Of a DNA stretch of 64,000 bases, positions 24,520 through 38,199 are shown piece by piece. Made by a program: the position numbers and the translations under genes. The stretch covers positions 1,240,001 to 1,304,000 of the forward strand of contig OZ176050.1 in assembly GCA_964247055.1 (NCBI GenBank). Direction: 5' to 3'. This DNA is from Paragordius varius (lineage: Eukaryota; Animalia; Nematomorpha). The notes beneath the pieces are model-generated. The model searched no databases, was not told where the DNA came from, and saw only the letters and a program-made list of their open reading frames with translations. Within the stretch, counting starts at the first letter, position 1; the number at the start of each line of letters is the position of its first letter.

Positions 24520-27500
24520 GACTACATCAAAATATAGAGATAGTTTGACAAACTCTTTCATATCCGATTTTTACAACGATAAATTAATGTATTAAACTAG
24601 TCGCATCAATACTCAATTTAAACTTTGTCCTTAAAAATCGGATATTGGTCACCGGTGAACAAAATTATTTTTTATACATTCTCTTAGCAAGACTACATCA
24701 AAATATAGAGATAGTTTGACAAACTCTTTCATATCCGATTTTTACAACGATACTTTAAAAATAAATGTATTAAACTAGTCGCATCAATACTCAAGCTAAA
24801 CATTGTCCTTAAAAATCGGATATTGGTCACCGGTGAACAAACTATTTTTTATACATTCTCTTAGTAAGACTACATCAAAATATAGAGATAGTTTGACAAA
24901 CATTTTCACATCCGATTTTAACAACGATACTTTAAAAATTAATGTATAAAACTAGTCGTATCAATAAATCGCATCAATACTCAAGTTAAACTTTGTCCTT
25001 AAAAATCGGATATTGGTCACCGGTGAACAAAATTATTTTTTATACATTCTCTTAGTAGGACTACATCAAAATATAGAGATAGTTTGGCAAACTCTTTCAT
25101 ATCCGATTTTTACAACGATACTTTAAAAATCAATGTATAAAACTAGTCGCATCAATACTCAAGTTAAACTTTGTCCTTAAAAATCGGATATTGGTCACCG
25201 GTGAACAAAATTATTTTTTATACATTCTCTTAGTAGGACTACATCAAAATATAGAGATAGTTTGGCAAACTGTTTCATAACCGATTATTACAACGATACT
25301 TTAAAAATTAATGTATTAAACTAGTCGCATCAATAATCAGGTTAAACTTTATCCTTAAAAATTGGATATTGGTCACCGGTGTACAAAATAATTTTTTATA
25401 CATTCTCTTAGTAAGACTACATCAAAATATAGAGATAGTTTGACAAACTCTTTCATATCCGATTTTTACAGCGATACTTTAAAAATTATTGGCTTAAACC
25501 AGTCGCATCAATACTCAAGTTAAACTTTGTCCTTAAAAATCGGATATTGGTCACCGGTGCACAAAATTATTTTTTATACATTCTCTTAGTAGGACTACAT
25601 CAAAATATAGAGATAGTTTGGCAAACTCTTTCATATCCGATTTTTACAACGATACTTTAAAAATTAATGTATAAAACTAGTCGCATCAATACTCAAGTTA
25701 AATTTTGTCCTTAAAAATGGGATATTGGTCACCGGTGAACAAAACTATTTTTTATACATTATCTTAGTAAGACTACATCAAAATATAGAGATAGTTTGAC
25801 AAACTCTTTCATATCCGATTTTTACAACGATACTTTTAAAATTAATGTATAAAACTAGTCGCATCAATAATCAGGTTAAACTTTATCCTTAAAAATTGGA
25901 TATTGGTCACCGGTGTACAAAATAATTTTTTATACATTCTCTTAGTAAGACTACATCAAAATATAGAGATAGTTTGACAAACTCTTTCATATCCGATTTT
26001 TACAACGATACTTTAAAAATTAATGTGTTAAACTAGTCGCATCAATACTCAAATTAAACTTTGTCCTTAAAAATCGGATATTGGTTACCGGTGAACAAAA
26101 TAATTTTTTATACATTCTCTTAGTAAGACTACAGCAAAATATAGAGATAGTTTGATAACTCTTTCATATACGATTTTTACAACGATACTTTAAAAATTAA
26201 TGTATAAAACTAGTCGTATCAATAAATCGCATCAAATCTCAAGTTAAACTTTTTACTTAAAAATCAGATATTGGTCACCGGTGAACAAAATAATTTTTTA
26301 TACATTCTCTAAGTAAGACTACAGCAAAATATAGATTTAGTTTGACAAACTCTTTCATATCCGATTTTTACAACGATACTTTAAAAATTAATGTATTAAA
26401 CTAGTCGCATCAATACTCAAGTTAAACTTTGTTCTTAAAAATCGAATATTGGTCACCGGTGAACAAAATTATTTTTTTTACATTCTCTTAGCAAGACTAC
26501 ATCAAAATATAGAGATAGTTTGACAAACTCTTTCATATCCGATTTTTACAACGATACTTTATAAATTAATGTATAAAACTAGTCGTATCAATAAGTCGCA
26601 TCAATACTCAAGTTAAACTTTGTCCTTAAAAATCGGATATTGGTCACCGGTGAACAAAATTATTTTTTATACATTCTATTAGTAGGACTACATCAAAATA
26701 TAGAGATAGTTTGGCAAACTCTTTCATATCCGATTTTTACAACGATACTTTAAAAATTAATGTATAAAACTAGTCGCATCAATACTCAAGTTAAACTTTG
26801 TCCTTAAAAATCGAATATTGGTCACCGGTGAACAAAATTATTTTTTATATATTTTCTTAGTAAGACTACATCAAAATATAGAAATAGTTTGACAAACTCT
26901 TTCATATCCGATTTTTACAACGATACTTTAAAAATTAATGTGTTAAACTAGTCGCATCAATACTCAAGTTAAACTTTGTCCTTAAAAATCGGATATTGGT
27001 CACCGGTGAACAAACTATTTTTTATACATTCTCTTAGTAAGACTACATCAAAATATAGAGATAGTTTGACAAACATTTTCACATCCGATTTTAACAACGA
27101 TACTTTAAAAATTAATGTATAAAACTAGTCGTATCAATAAATCGCATCAATACTCAAGTTAAACTTTGTCCTTAAAAATCGGATATTGGTCACCGGTGAA
27201 CAAAATTATTTTTTATACATTCTCTTAGTAGGACTACATCAAAATATAGAGATAGTTTGGCAAACTCTTTCATATCCGATTTTTACAACGATACTTTAAA
27301 AATCAATGTATAAAACTAGTCGCATCAATACTCAAGTTAAACTTTGTCCTTAAAAATCGGATATTGGTCACCGGTGAACAAAATTATTTTTTATACATTC
27401 TCTTAGTAGGACTACATCAAAATATAGAGATAGTTTGGCAAACTGTTTCATAACCGATTTTTACAACGATACTTTAAAAATTAATGTATTAAACTAGTCG

Positions 27501-30500
27501 CATCAATAATCAGGTTAAACTTTATCCTTAAAAATTGGATATTGGTCACCGGTGTACAAAATAATTTTTTATACATTCTCTTAGTAAGACTACATCAAAA
27601 TATAGAGATAGTTTGACAAACTCTTTCATATCCGATTTTTACAGCGATACTTTAAAAATTATTGGCTTAAACCAGTCGCATCAATACTCAAGTTAAACTT
27701 TGTCCTTAAAAATCGGATATTGGTCACCGGTGCACAAAATTATTTTTTATACATTCTCTTAGTAGGACTACATCAAAATATAGAGATAGTTTGGCAAACT
27801 CTTTCATATCCGATTTTTACAACGATACTTTAAAAATTAATGTATAAAACTAGTCGCATCAATACTCAAGTTAAATTTTGTCCTTAAAAATGGGATATTG
27901 GTCACCGGTGAACAAAACTATTTTTTATACATTATCTTAGTAAGACTACATCAAAATATAGAGATAGTTTGACAAACTCTTTCATATCCGATTTTTACAA
28001 CGATACTTTTAAAATTAATGTATAAAACTAGTCGCATCAATAATCAGGTTAAACTTTATCCTTAAAAATTGGATATTGGTCACCGGTGTACAAAATAATT
28101 TTTTATACATTCTCTTAGTAAGACTACATCAAAATATAGAGATAGTTTGACAAACTCTTTCATATCCGATTTTTACAACGATACTTTAAAAATTAATGTG
28201 TTAAACTAGTCGCATCAATACTCAAATTAAACTTTGTCCTTAAAAATCGGATATTGGTTACCGGTGAACAAAATTATTTTTTATACATCTCTTAGTAAGA
28301 CTACATCAAAATATAGAGAATGTTTGACAAATTCTTTCATATCCGATTTTTACAACGATACTTTAAAAATTAATGTATTAAACTAGCCGCATCAATACTC
28401 AAGTTAAACTTTGTCCTTAATAATCGCGGATATTGGTTACCGGTGAACAAAATAATTTTTTATACATTCTCTTAGTAAGACTACATCAAAATATAGAGAT
28501 AGTTTGACAAACTCTTTCATATCCGATTTTTACAACGATACTTTAAAAATTAATGTATAAAACTAGTCGCATCAATACTCAAGTTAAACTTTGTCCTTAA
28601 AAATCGGATATTGGTCACCGGTGAACAAAATTATTTTTTATACATTCTCTTAGCAAGACTACATCAAAATATAGAGATAGTTTGACAAACTCTTTCATAT
28701 CCGATTTTTACAACGATACTTTAAAAATTAATGTATAAAACTAGTCGCATCAATACTCAAGTTAAACTTTGTCCTTAAAAATGGGATATTGGTCACCGGT
28801 CAACAAAACTATTTTTTATACATTGTCTTAGTAAGACTACATCAAAATATAGAGATAGTTTGACAAACTCTTCCTATCCGATCTTTACAACGATACTTTA
28901 AAAATTAATGTGTTAAACTAGTCGCATCAATACTCACGTTAAACTTTGTTCTTAAAAATCGGATATTGGTCACCGGTGAACAAAATAATTTTTTATACAT
29001 TCTCTTAGTAAGACTACAGCAAAATATAGAGATAGTTTGATAACTCTTTCATATACGATTTTTACAACGATACTTTAAAAATTAATGTATAAAACTAGTC
29101 GTATCAATAAATCGCATCAAATCTCAAGTTAAACTTTTTACTTAAAAATCAGATATTGGTCACCGGTGAACAAAATAATTTTTTATACATTCTCTAAGTA
29201 AGACTACAGCAAAATATAGATTTAGTTTGACAAACTCTTTCATATCCGATTTTTACAACGATACTTTAAAAATTAATTTATTAAACTAGTCGCATCAATA
29301 CTCAAGTTTTTGTTCTTAAAAATCGAATATTGGTCACCGGTGAACAAAATTATTTTTTTTACATTCTCTTAGCAAGACTACATCAAAATATAGAGATAGT
29401 TTGACAAACTCTTTCATATCCGATTTTTACAACGATACTTTATAAATTAATGTATAAAACTAGTCGTATCAATAAGTCGCATCAATACTCAAGTTAAACT
29501 TTGTCCTTAAAAATCGGATATTGGTCACCGGTGAACAAAATTATTTTTTATACATTCTATTAGTAGGACTACATCAAAATATAGAGATAGTTTGGCAAAC
29601 TCTTTCATATCCGATTTTTACAACGATACTTTAAAAATTAATGTATAAAACTAGTCGCATCAATACTCAAGTTAAACTTTGTCCTTAAAAATCGAATATT
29701 GGTCACCGGTGAACAAAATTATTTTTTATATATTTTCTTAGTAAGACTACATCAAAATATAGAAATAGTTTGACAAACTCTTTCATATCCGATTTTTACA
29801 ACGATACTTTAAAAATTAATGTGTTAAACTAGTCGCATCAATACTCACGTTAAACTTTGTTCTTAAAAATCGGATATTGGTCACCGGTGAACAAAATAAT
29901 TTTTTATACATTCTCTTAGTAAGACTACAGCAAAATATAGAGATAGTTTGACAAACTCTTTCATATCCGATTTTTACAACGATACTTTAAAAATTAATGT
30001 ATAAAACTAGTCGTATCAATAAATCGCATCAATACTCAAGTTAAACTTTGTCCTTAAAAATCGGATATTGGTCACCGGTGAACAAAATTATTTTTTTTAC
30101 ATTCTCTTAGCAAGACTACATCAAAATATAGAGATAGTTTGACAAACTCTTTCATATCCGATTTTTACAACGATAAATTAATGTATTAAACTAGTCGCAT
30201 CAATACTCAATTTAAACTTTGTCCTTAAAAATCGGATATTGGTCACCGGTGAACAAAATTATTTTTTATACATTCTCTTAGCAAGACTACATCAAAATAT
30301 AGAGATAGTTTGACAAACTCTTTCATATCCGATTTTTACAACGATACTTTAAAAATAAATGTATTAAACTAGTCGCATCAATACTCAAGCTAAACATTGT
30401 CCTTAAAAATCGGATATTGGTCACCGGTGAACAAACTATTTTTTATACATTCTCTTAGTAAGACTACATCAAAATATAGAGATAGTTTGACAAACATTTT

Positions 30501-33500
30501 CACATCCGATTTTAACAACGATACTTTAAAAATTAATGTATAAAACTAGTCGTATCAATAAATCGCATCAATACTCAAGTTAAACTTTGTCCTTAAAAAT
30601 CGGATATTGGTCACCGGTGAACAAAATTATTTTTTATACATTCTCTTAGTAGGACTACATCAAAATATAGAGATAGTTTGGCAAACTCTTTCATATCCGA
30701 TTTTTACAACGATACTTTAAAAATCAATGTATAAAACTAGTCGCATCAATACTCAAGTTAAACTTTGTCCTTAAAAATCGGATATTGGTCACCGGTGAAC
30801 AAAATTATTTTTTATACATTCTCTTAGTAGGACTACATCAAAATATAGAGATAGTTTGGCAAACTGTTTCATAACCGATTATTACAACGATACTTTAAAA
30901 ATTAATGTATTAAACTAGTCGCATCAATAATCAGGTTAAACTTTATCCTTAAAAATTGGATATTGGTCACCGGTGTACAAAATAATTTTTTATACATTCT
31001 CTTAGTAAGACTACATCAAAATATAGAGATAGTTTGACAAACTCTTTCATATCCGATTTTTACAGCGATACTTTAAAAATTATTGGCTTAAACCAGTCGC
31101 ATCAATACTCAAGTTAAACTTTGTCCTTAAAAATCGGATATTGGTCACCGGTGCACAAAATTATTTTTTATACATTCTCTTAGTAGGACTACATCAAAAT
31201 ATAGAGATAGTTTGGCAAACTCTTTCATATCCGATTTTTACAACGATACTTTAAAAATTAATGTATAAAACTAGTCGCATCAATACTCAAGTTAAATTTT
31301 GTCCTTAAAAATGGGATATTGGTCACCGGTGAACAAAACTATTTTTTATACATTATCTTAGTAAGACTACATCAAAATATAGAGATAGTTTGACAAACTC
31401 TTTCATATCCGATTTTTACAACGATACTTTTAAAATTAATGTATAAAACTAGTCGCATCAATAATCAGGTTAAACTTTATCCTTAAAAATTGGATATTGG
31501 TCACCGGTGTACAAAATAATTTTTTATACATTCTCTTAGTAAGACTACATCAAAATATAGAGATAGTTTGACAAACTCTTTCATATCCGATTTTTACAAC
31601 GATACTTTAAAAATTAATGTGTTAAACTAGTCGCATCAATACTCAAATTAAACTTTGTCCTTAAAAATCGGATATTGGTTACCGGTGAACAAAATAATTT
31701 TTTATACATTCTCTTAGTAAGACTACAGCAAAATATAGAGATAGTTTGATAACTCTTTCATATACGATTTTTACAACGATACTTTAAAAATTAATGTATA
31801 AAACTAGTCGTATCAATAAATCGCATCAAATCTCAAGTTAAACTTTTTACTTAAAAATCAGATATTGGTCACCGGTGAACAAAATAATTTTTTATACATT
31901 CTCTAAGTAAGACTACAGCAAAATATAGATTTAGTTTGACAAACTCTTTCATATCCGATTTTTACAACGATACTTTAAAAATTAATGTATTAAACTAGTC
32001 GCATCAATACTCAAGTTAAACTTTGTTCTTAAAAATCGAATATTGGTCACCGGTGAACAAAATTATTTTTTTTACATTCTCTTAGCAAGACTACATCAAA
32101 ATATAGAGATAGTTTGACAAACTCTTTCATATCCGATTTTTACAACGATACTTTATAAATTAATGTATAAAACTAGTCGTATCAATAAGTCGCATCAATA
32201 CTCAAGTTAAACTTTGTCCTTAAAAATCGGATATTGGTCACCGGTGAACAAAATTATTTTTTATACATTCTATTAGTAGGACTACATCAAAATATAGAGA
32301 TAGTTTGGCAAACTCTTTCATATCCGATTTTTACAACGATACTTTAAAAATTAATGTATAAAACTAGTCGCATCAATACTCAAGTTAAACTTTGTCCTTA
32401 AAAATCGAATATTGGTCACCGGTGAACAAAATTATTTTTTATATATTTTCTTAGTAAGACTACATCAAAATATAGAAATAGTTTGACAAACTCTTTCATA
32501 TCCGATTTTTACAACGATACTTTAAAAATTAATGTGTTAAACTAGTCGCATCAATACTCAAGTTAAACTTTGTCCTTAAAAATCGGATATTGGTCACCGG
32601 TGAACAAACTATTTTTTATACATTCTCTTAGTAAGACTACATCAAAATATAGAGATAGTTTGACAAACATTTTCACATCCGATTTTAACAACGATACTTT
32701 AAAAATTAATGTATAAAACTAGTCGTATCAATAAATCGCATCAATACTCAAGTTAAACTTTGTCCTTAAAAATCGGATATTGGTCACCGGTGAACAAAAT
32801 TATTTTTTATACATTCTCTTAGTAGGACTACATCAAAATATAGAGATAGTTTGGCAAACTCTTTCATATCCGATTTTTACAACGATACTTTAAAAATCAA
32901 TGTATAAAACTAGTCGCATCAATACTCAAGTTAAACTTTGTCCTTAAAAATCGGATATTGGTCACCGGTGAACAAAATTATTTTTTATACATTCTCTTAG
33001 TAGGACTACATCAAAATATAGAGATAGTTTGGCAAACTGTTTCATAACCGATTTTTACAACGATACTTTAAAAATTAATGTATTAAACTAGTCGCATCAA
33101 TAATCAGGTTAAACTTTATCCTTAAAAATTGGATATTGGTCACCGGTGTACAAAATAATTTTTTATACATTCTCTTAGTAAGACTACATCAAAATATAGA
33201 GATAGTTTGACAAACTCTTTCATATCCGATTTTTACAGCGATACTTTAAAAATTATTGGCTTAAACCAGTCGCATCAATACTCAAGTTAAACTTTGTCCT
33301 TAAAAATCGGATATTGGTCACCGGTGCACAAAATTATTTTTTATACATTCTCTTAGTAGGACTACATCAAAATATAGAGATAGTTTGGCAAACTCTTTCA
33401 TATCCGATTTTTACAACGATACTTTAAAAATTAATGTATAAAACTAGTCGCATCAATACTCAAGTTAAATTTTGTCCTTAAAAATGGGATATTGGTCACC

Positions 33501-35750
33501 GGTGAACAAAACTATTTTTTATACATTATCTTAGTAAGACTACATCAAAATATAGAGATAGTTTGACAAACTCTTTCATATCCGATTTTTACAACGATAC
33601 TTTTAAAATTAATGTATAAAACTAGTCGCATCAATAATCAGGTTAAACTTTATCCTTAAAAATTGGATATTGGTCACCGGTGTACAAAATAATTTTTTAT
33701 ACATTCTCTTAGTAAGACTACATCAAAATATAGAGATAGTTTGACAAACTCTTTCATATCCGATTTTTACAACGATACTTTAAAAATTAATGTGTTAAAC
33801 TAGTCGCATCAATACTCAAATTAAACTTTGTCCTTAAAAATCGGATATTGGTTACCGGTGAACAAAATTATTTTTTATACATCTCTTAGTAAGACTACAT
33901 CAAAATATAGAGAATGTTTGACAAATTCTTTCATATCCGATTTTTACAACGATACTTTAAAAATTAATGTATTAAACTAGCCGCATCAATACTCAAGTTA
34001 AACTTTGTCCTTAATAATCGCGGATATTGGTTACCGGTGAACAAAATAATTTTTTATACATTCTCTTAGTAAGACTACATCAAAATATAGAGATAGTTTG
34101 ACAAACTCTTTCATATCCGATTTTTACAACGATACTTTAAAAATTAATGTATAAAACTAGTCGCATCAATACTCAAGTTAAACTTTGTCCTTAAAAATCG
34201 GATATTGGTCACCGGTGAACAAAATTATTTTTTATACATTCTCTTAGCAAGACTACATCAAAATATAGAGATAGTTTGACAAACTCTTTCATATCCGATT
34301 TTTACAACGATACTTTAAAAATTAATGTATAAAACTAGTCGCATCAATACTCAAGTTAAACTTTGTCCTTAAAAATGGGATATTGGTCACCGGTCAACAA
34401 AACTATTTTTTATACATTGTCTTAGTAAGACTACATCAAAATATAGAGATAGTTTGACAAACTCTTCCTATCCGATCTTTACAACGATACTTTAAAAATT
34501 AATGTGTTAAACTAGTCGCATCAATACTCACGTTAAACTTTGTTCTTAAAAATCGGATATTGGTCACCGGTGAACAAAATAATTTTTTATACATTCTCTT
34601 AGTAAGACTACAGCAAAATATAGAGATAGTTTGATAACTCTTTCATATACGATTTTTACAACGATACTTTAAAAATTAATGTATAAAACTAGTCGTATCA
34701 ATAAATCGCATCAAATCTCAAGTTAAACTTTTTACTTAAAAATCAGATATTGGTCACCGGTGAACAAAATAATTTTTTATACATTCTCTAAGTAAGACTA
34801 CAGCAAAATATAGATTTAGTTTGACAAACTCTTTCATATCCGATTTTTACAACGATACTTTAAAAATTAATTTATTAAACTAGTCGCATCAATACTCAAG
34901 TTTTTGTTCTTAAAAATCGAATATTGGTCACCGGTGAACAAAATTATTTTTTTTACATTCTCTTAGCAAGACTACATCAAAATATAGAGATAGTTTGACA
35001 AACTCTTTCATATCCGATTTTTACAACGATACTTTATAAATTAATGTATAAAACTAGTCGTATCAATAAGTCGCATCAATACTCAAGTTAAACTTTGTCC
35101 TTAAAAATCGGATATTGGTCACCGGTGAACAAAATTATTTTTTATACATTCTATTAGTAGGACTACATCAAAATATAGAGATAGTTTGGCAAACTCTTTC
35201 ATATCCGATTTTTACAACGATACTTTAAAAATTAATGTATAAAACTAGTCGCATCAATACTCAAGTTAAACTTTGTCCTTAAAAATCGAATATTGGTCAC
35301 CGGTGAACAAAATTATTTTTTATATATTTTCTTAGTAAGACTACATCAAAATATAGAAATAGTTTGACAAACTCTTTCATATCCGATTTTTACAACGATA
35401 CTTTAAAAATTAATGTGTTAAACTAGTCGCATCAATACTCACGTTAAACTTTGTTCTTAAAAATCGGATATTGGTCACCGGTGAACAAAATAATTTTTTA
35501 TACATTCTCTTAGTAAGACTACAGCAAAATATAGAGATAGTTTGACAAACTCTTTCATATCCGATTTTTACAACGATACTTTAAAAATTAATGTATAAAA
35601 CTAGTCGTATCAATAAATCGCATCAATACTCAAGTTAAACTTTGTCCTTAAAAATCGGATATTGGTCACCGGTGAACAAAATTATTTTTTTTACATTCTC
35701 TTAGCAAGACTACATCAAAATATAGAGATAGTTTGACAAACTCTTTCATA
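24520..35750 (+). repeat. 5594-bp (31-mer) tandem duplication, two copies, each containing internal duplications at 2173-bp (12-mer) and 2885-bp (16-mer) offsets
   Basis: Offset 5594 holds for cgataaatt 24581/30175, ttggcttaaacc 25491/31085 and 27664/33258, taatcgcgga 28425/34019, and caagtttttgttc 29306/34900. Offset 2173 holds for 25491/27664. Offset 2885 holds for gataactc 26156/29041. Confidence 0.93.
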
Positions 35751-38199
35751 TCCGATCTTTACAACGATACTTTATAAATTAATGTATAAAACTAGTCGCA
35801 TCAATACTCAAGTTAAACTTTGTCCTTAAAAATCGAATATTGGTCACCGGTGAACAAAATTATTTTTTATACATTTTCTTAGTAAGACTACATCAAAATA
35901 TAGAAATAGTTTGACAAACTCTTTCATATCCGATTTTTACAACGATACTTTAAAAATTAATGTGTTAAACTAGTCGCATCAATAAGTCGCATCAATACTC
36001 AAGTTAAACTTTGTCCTTAAAAATCGGATATTGGTCACCGGTGAACAAAATTATTTTTTATACATTTTCTTAGTAAGACTACATTAAAATATAGAGATAG
36101 TTTGACAAACTCTTCCTATCCGATCTTTACAACGATACTTTAAAATGTGTTAAACTAGTCGCATCAATACTCACGTTAAACTTTGTTCTTAAAAATCGGA
36201 TATTGGTCACCGGTGAACAAAATAATTTTTTATACATTCTCTTAGTAAGACTACAGCAAAATATAGAGATAGTTTGATAACTCTTTCATATCCGATTTTT
36301 ACAACGATACTTTAAAAATTAATGTATAAAACTAGTCGTATCAATAAATCGCATCAATACTCAAGTTAAACTTTGTCCTTAAAAATCGGATATTGGTCAC
36401 CGGTGAACAAAATAATTTTTCATACATTCTCTAAGTAAGACTACAGCAAAATATAGATTTAGTTTGACAAACTCTTTCATATCCGATTTTTACAACGATA
36501 CTTTAAAAATTAATGTATTAAACTAGTCGCATCAATACTCAAGTTAAACTTTGTCCTTAAAAATCGGATATTGGTCACCGGTGAACAAAATTATTTTTTT
36601 TACATTCTTTTAGCAAGACTACATCAAAATATAGAGATAGTTTGACAAACTCTTTCATATCCGATTTTAACAACGATACTTTAAAAATTAATGTATAAAA
36701 CTAGTCGCATCAATACTCAAGTTAAACTTTGTCCTTAAAAATCGAATATTGGTCACCGGTGAACAAAATTATTTTTTATATATTTTCTTAGTAAGACTAC
36801 ATCAAAATATAGAAATAGTTTGACAAACTCTTTCATATCCGATTTTTACAACGATACTTTAAAAATTAATGTGTTAAACTAGTCGCATCAATACTCACGT
36901 TAAACTTTGTTCTTAAAAATCGGATATTGGTCACCGGTGAACAAAATAATTTTTTATACATTCTCTTAGTAAGACTACAGCAAAATATAGAGATAGTTTG
37001 ACAAACTCTTTCATATCCGATTTTTACAACGATACTTTAAAAATTAATGTATAAAACTAGTCGTATCAATAAATCGCATCAATACTCAAGTTAAACTTTG
37101 TCCTTAAAAATCGGATATTGGTCACCGGTGAACAAAATTATTTTTTTTACATTCTCTTAGCAAGACTACATCAAAATATAGAGATAGTTTGACAAACTCT
37201 TTCATATCCGATTTTTACAACGATACTTTAAAAATGAATGTGTTAAACTAGTCGCATCAATACTCACGTTAAACTTTGTCCTTACAAATCGGATATTGGT
37301 CACCGGTGAACAAAATAATTTTTTATACATTCTCTTAGTAAGACTACAGCAAAATATAGAGATAGTTTGACAAACTCTTTCATATCCGATTTTTACAACG
37401 ATACTTTAAAAATTAATGTATAAAACTAGTCGTATCAATAAATCGCATCAATACTCAAGTTAAACTTTGTCCTTAAAAATCGGATATTGGTCACCGGTGA
37501 ACAAAATTATTTTTTTTACATTCTCTTAGCAAGACTACAGCAAAATATAGAGATAGTTTGACAAACTCTTTCATATCCGATTTTTACAACGATACTTTAA
37601 AAATTAATGTATTAAAGTCGCATCAATACTCAAGTTAAACTTTGTCCTTAAAAATTGGATATTGGTCACCGGTGAACAAAATAATTTTTTATACATTCTC
37701 TTAGTAAGACTACAGCAAAATATAGATTTAGTTTGACAAACTCTTTCATATCCGATTTTTACAACGATACTTTAAAAATTAATGTATTAAACTAGTCGCA
37801 TCAATACTCAAGTTAAACTTTGTTCTTAAAAATCGAATATTGGTCACCGGTGAACAAAATTATTTTTTTTACATTCTCTTAGCAAGACTACATCAATATA
37901 TAGAGATAGTTTGACAAACTCTTTCATATCCGATTTTTACAACGATACTTTATAAATTAATGTATAAAACTAGTCGTATCAATAAGTCGCATCAATACTC
38001 AAGTTAAACTTTGTCCTTAAAAATCGGATATTGGTCACCGGTGAACAAAATTATTTTTTATACATTCTATTAGTAGGACTACATCAAAATATAGAGATAG
38101 TTTGGCAAACTCTTTCATATCCGATTTTTACAACGATACTTTAAAACTTAATGTATAAAACTAGTCGCATCAATACTCAAGTTAAACTTTGTCCTTAAA

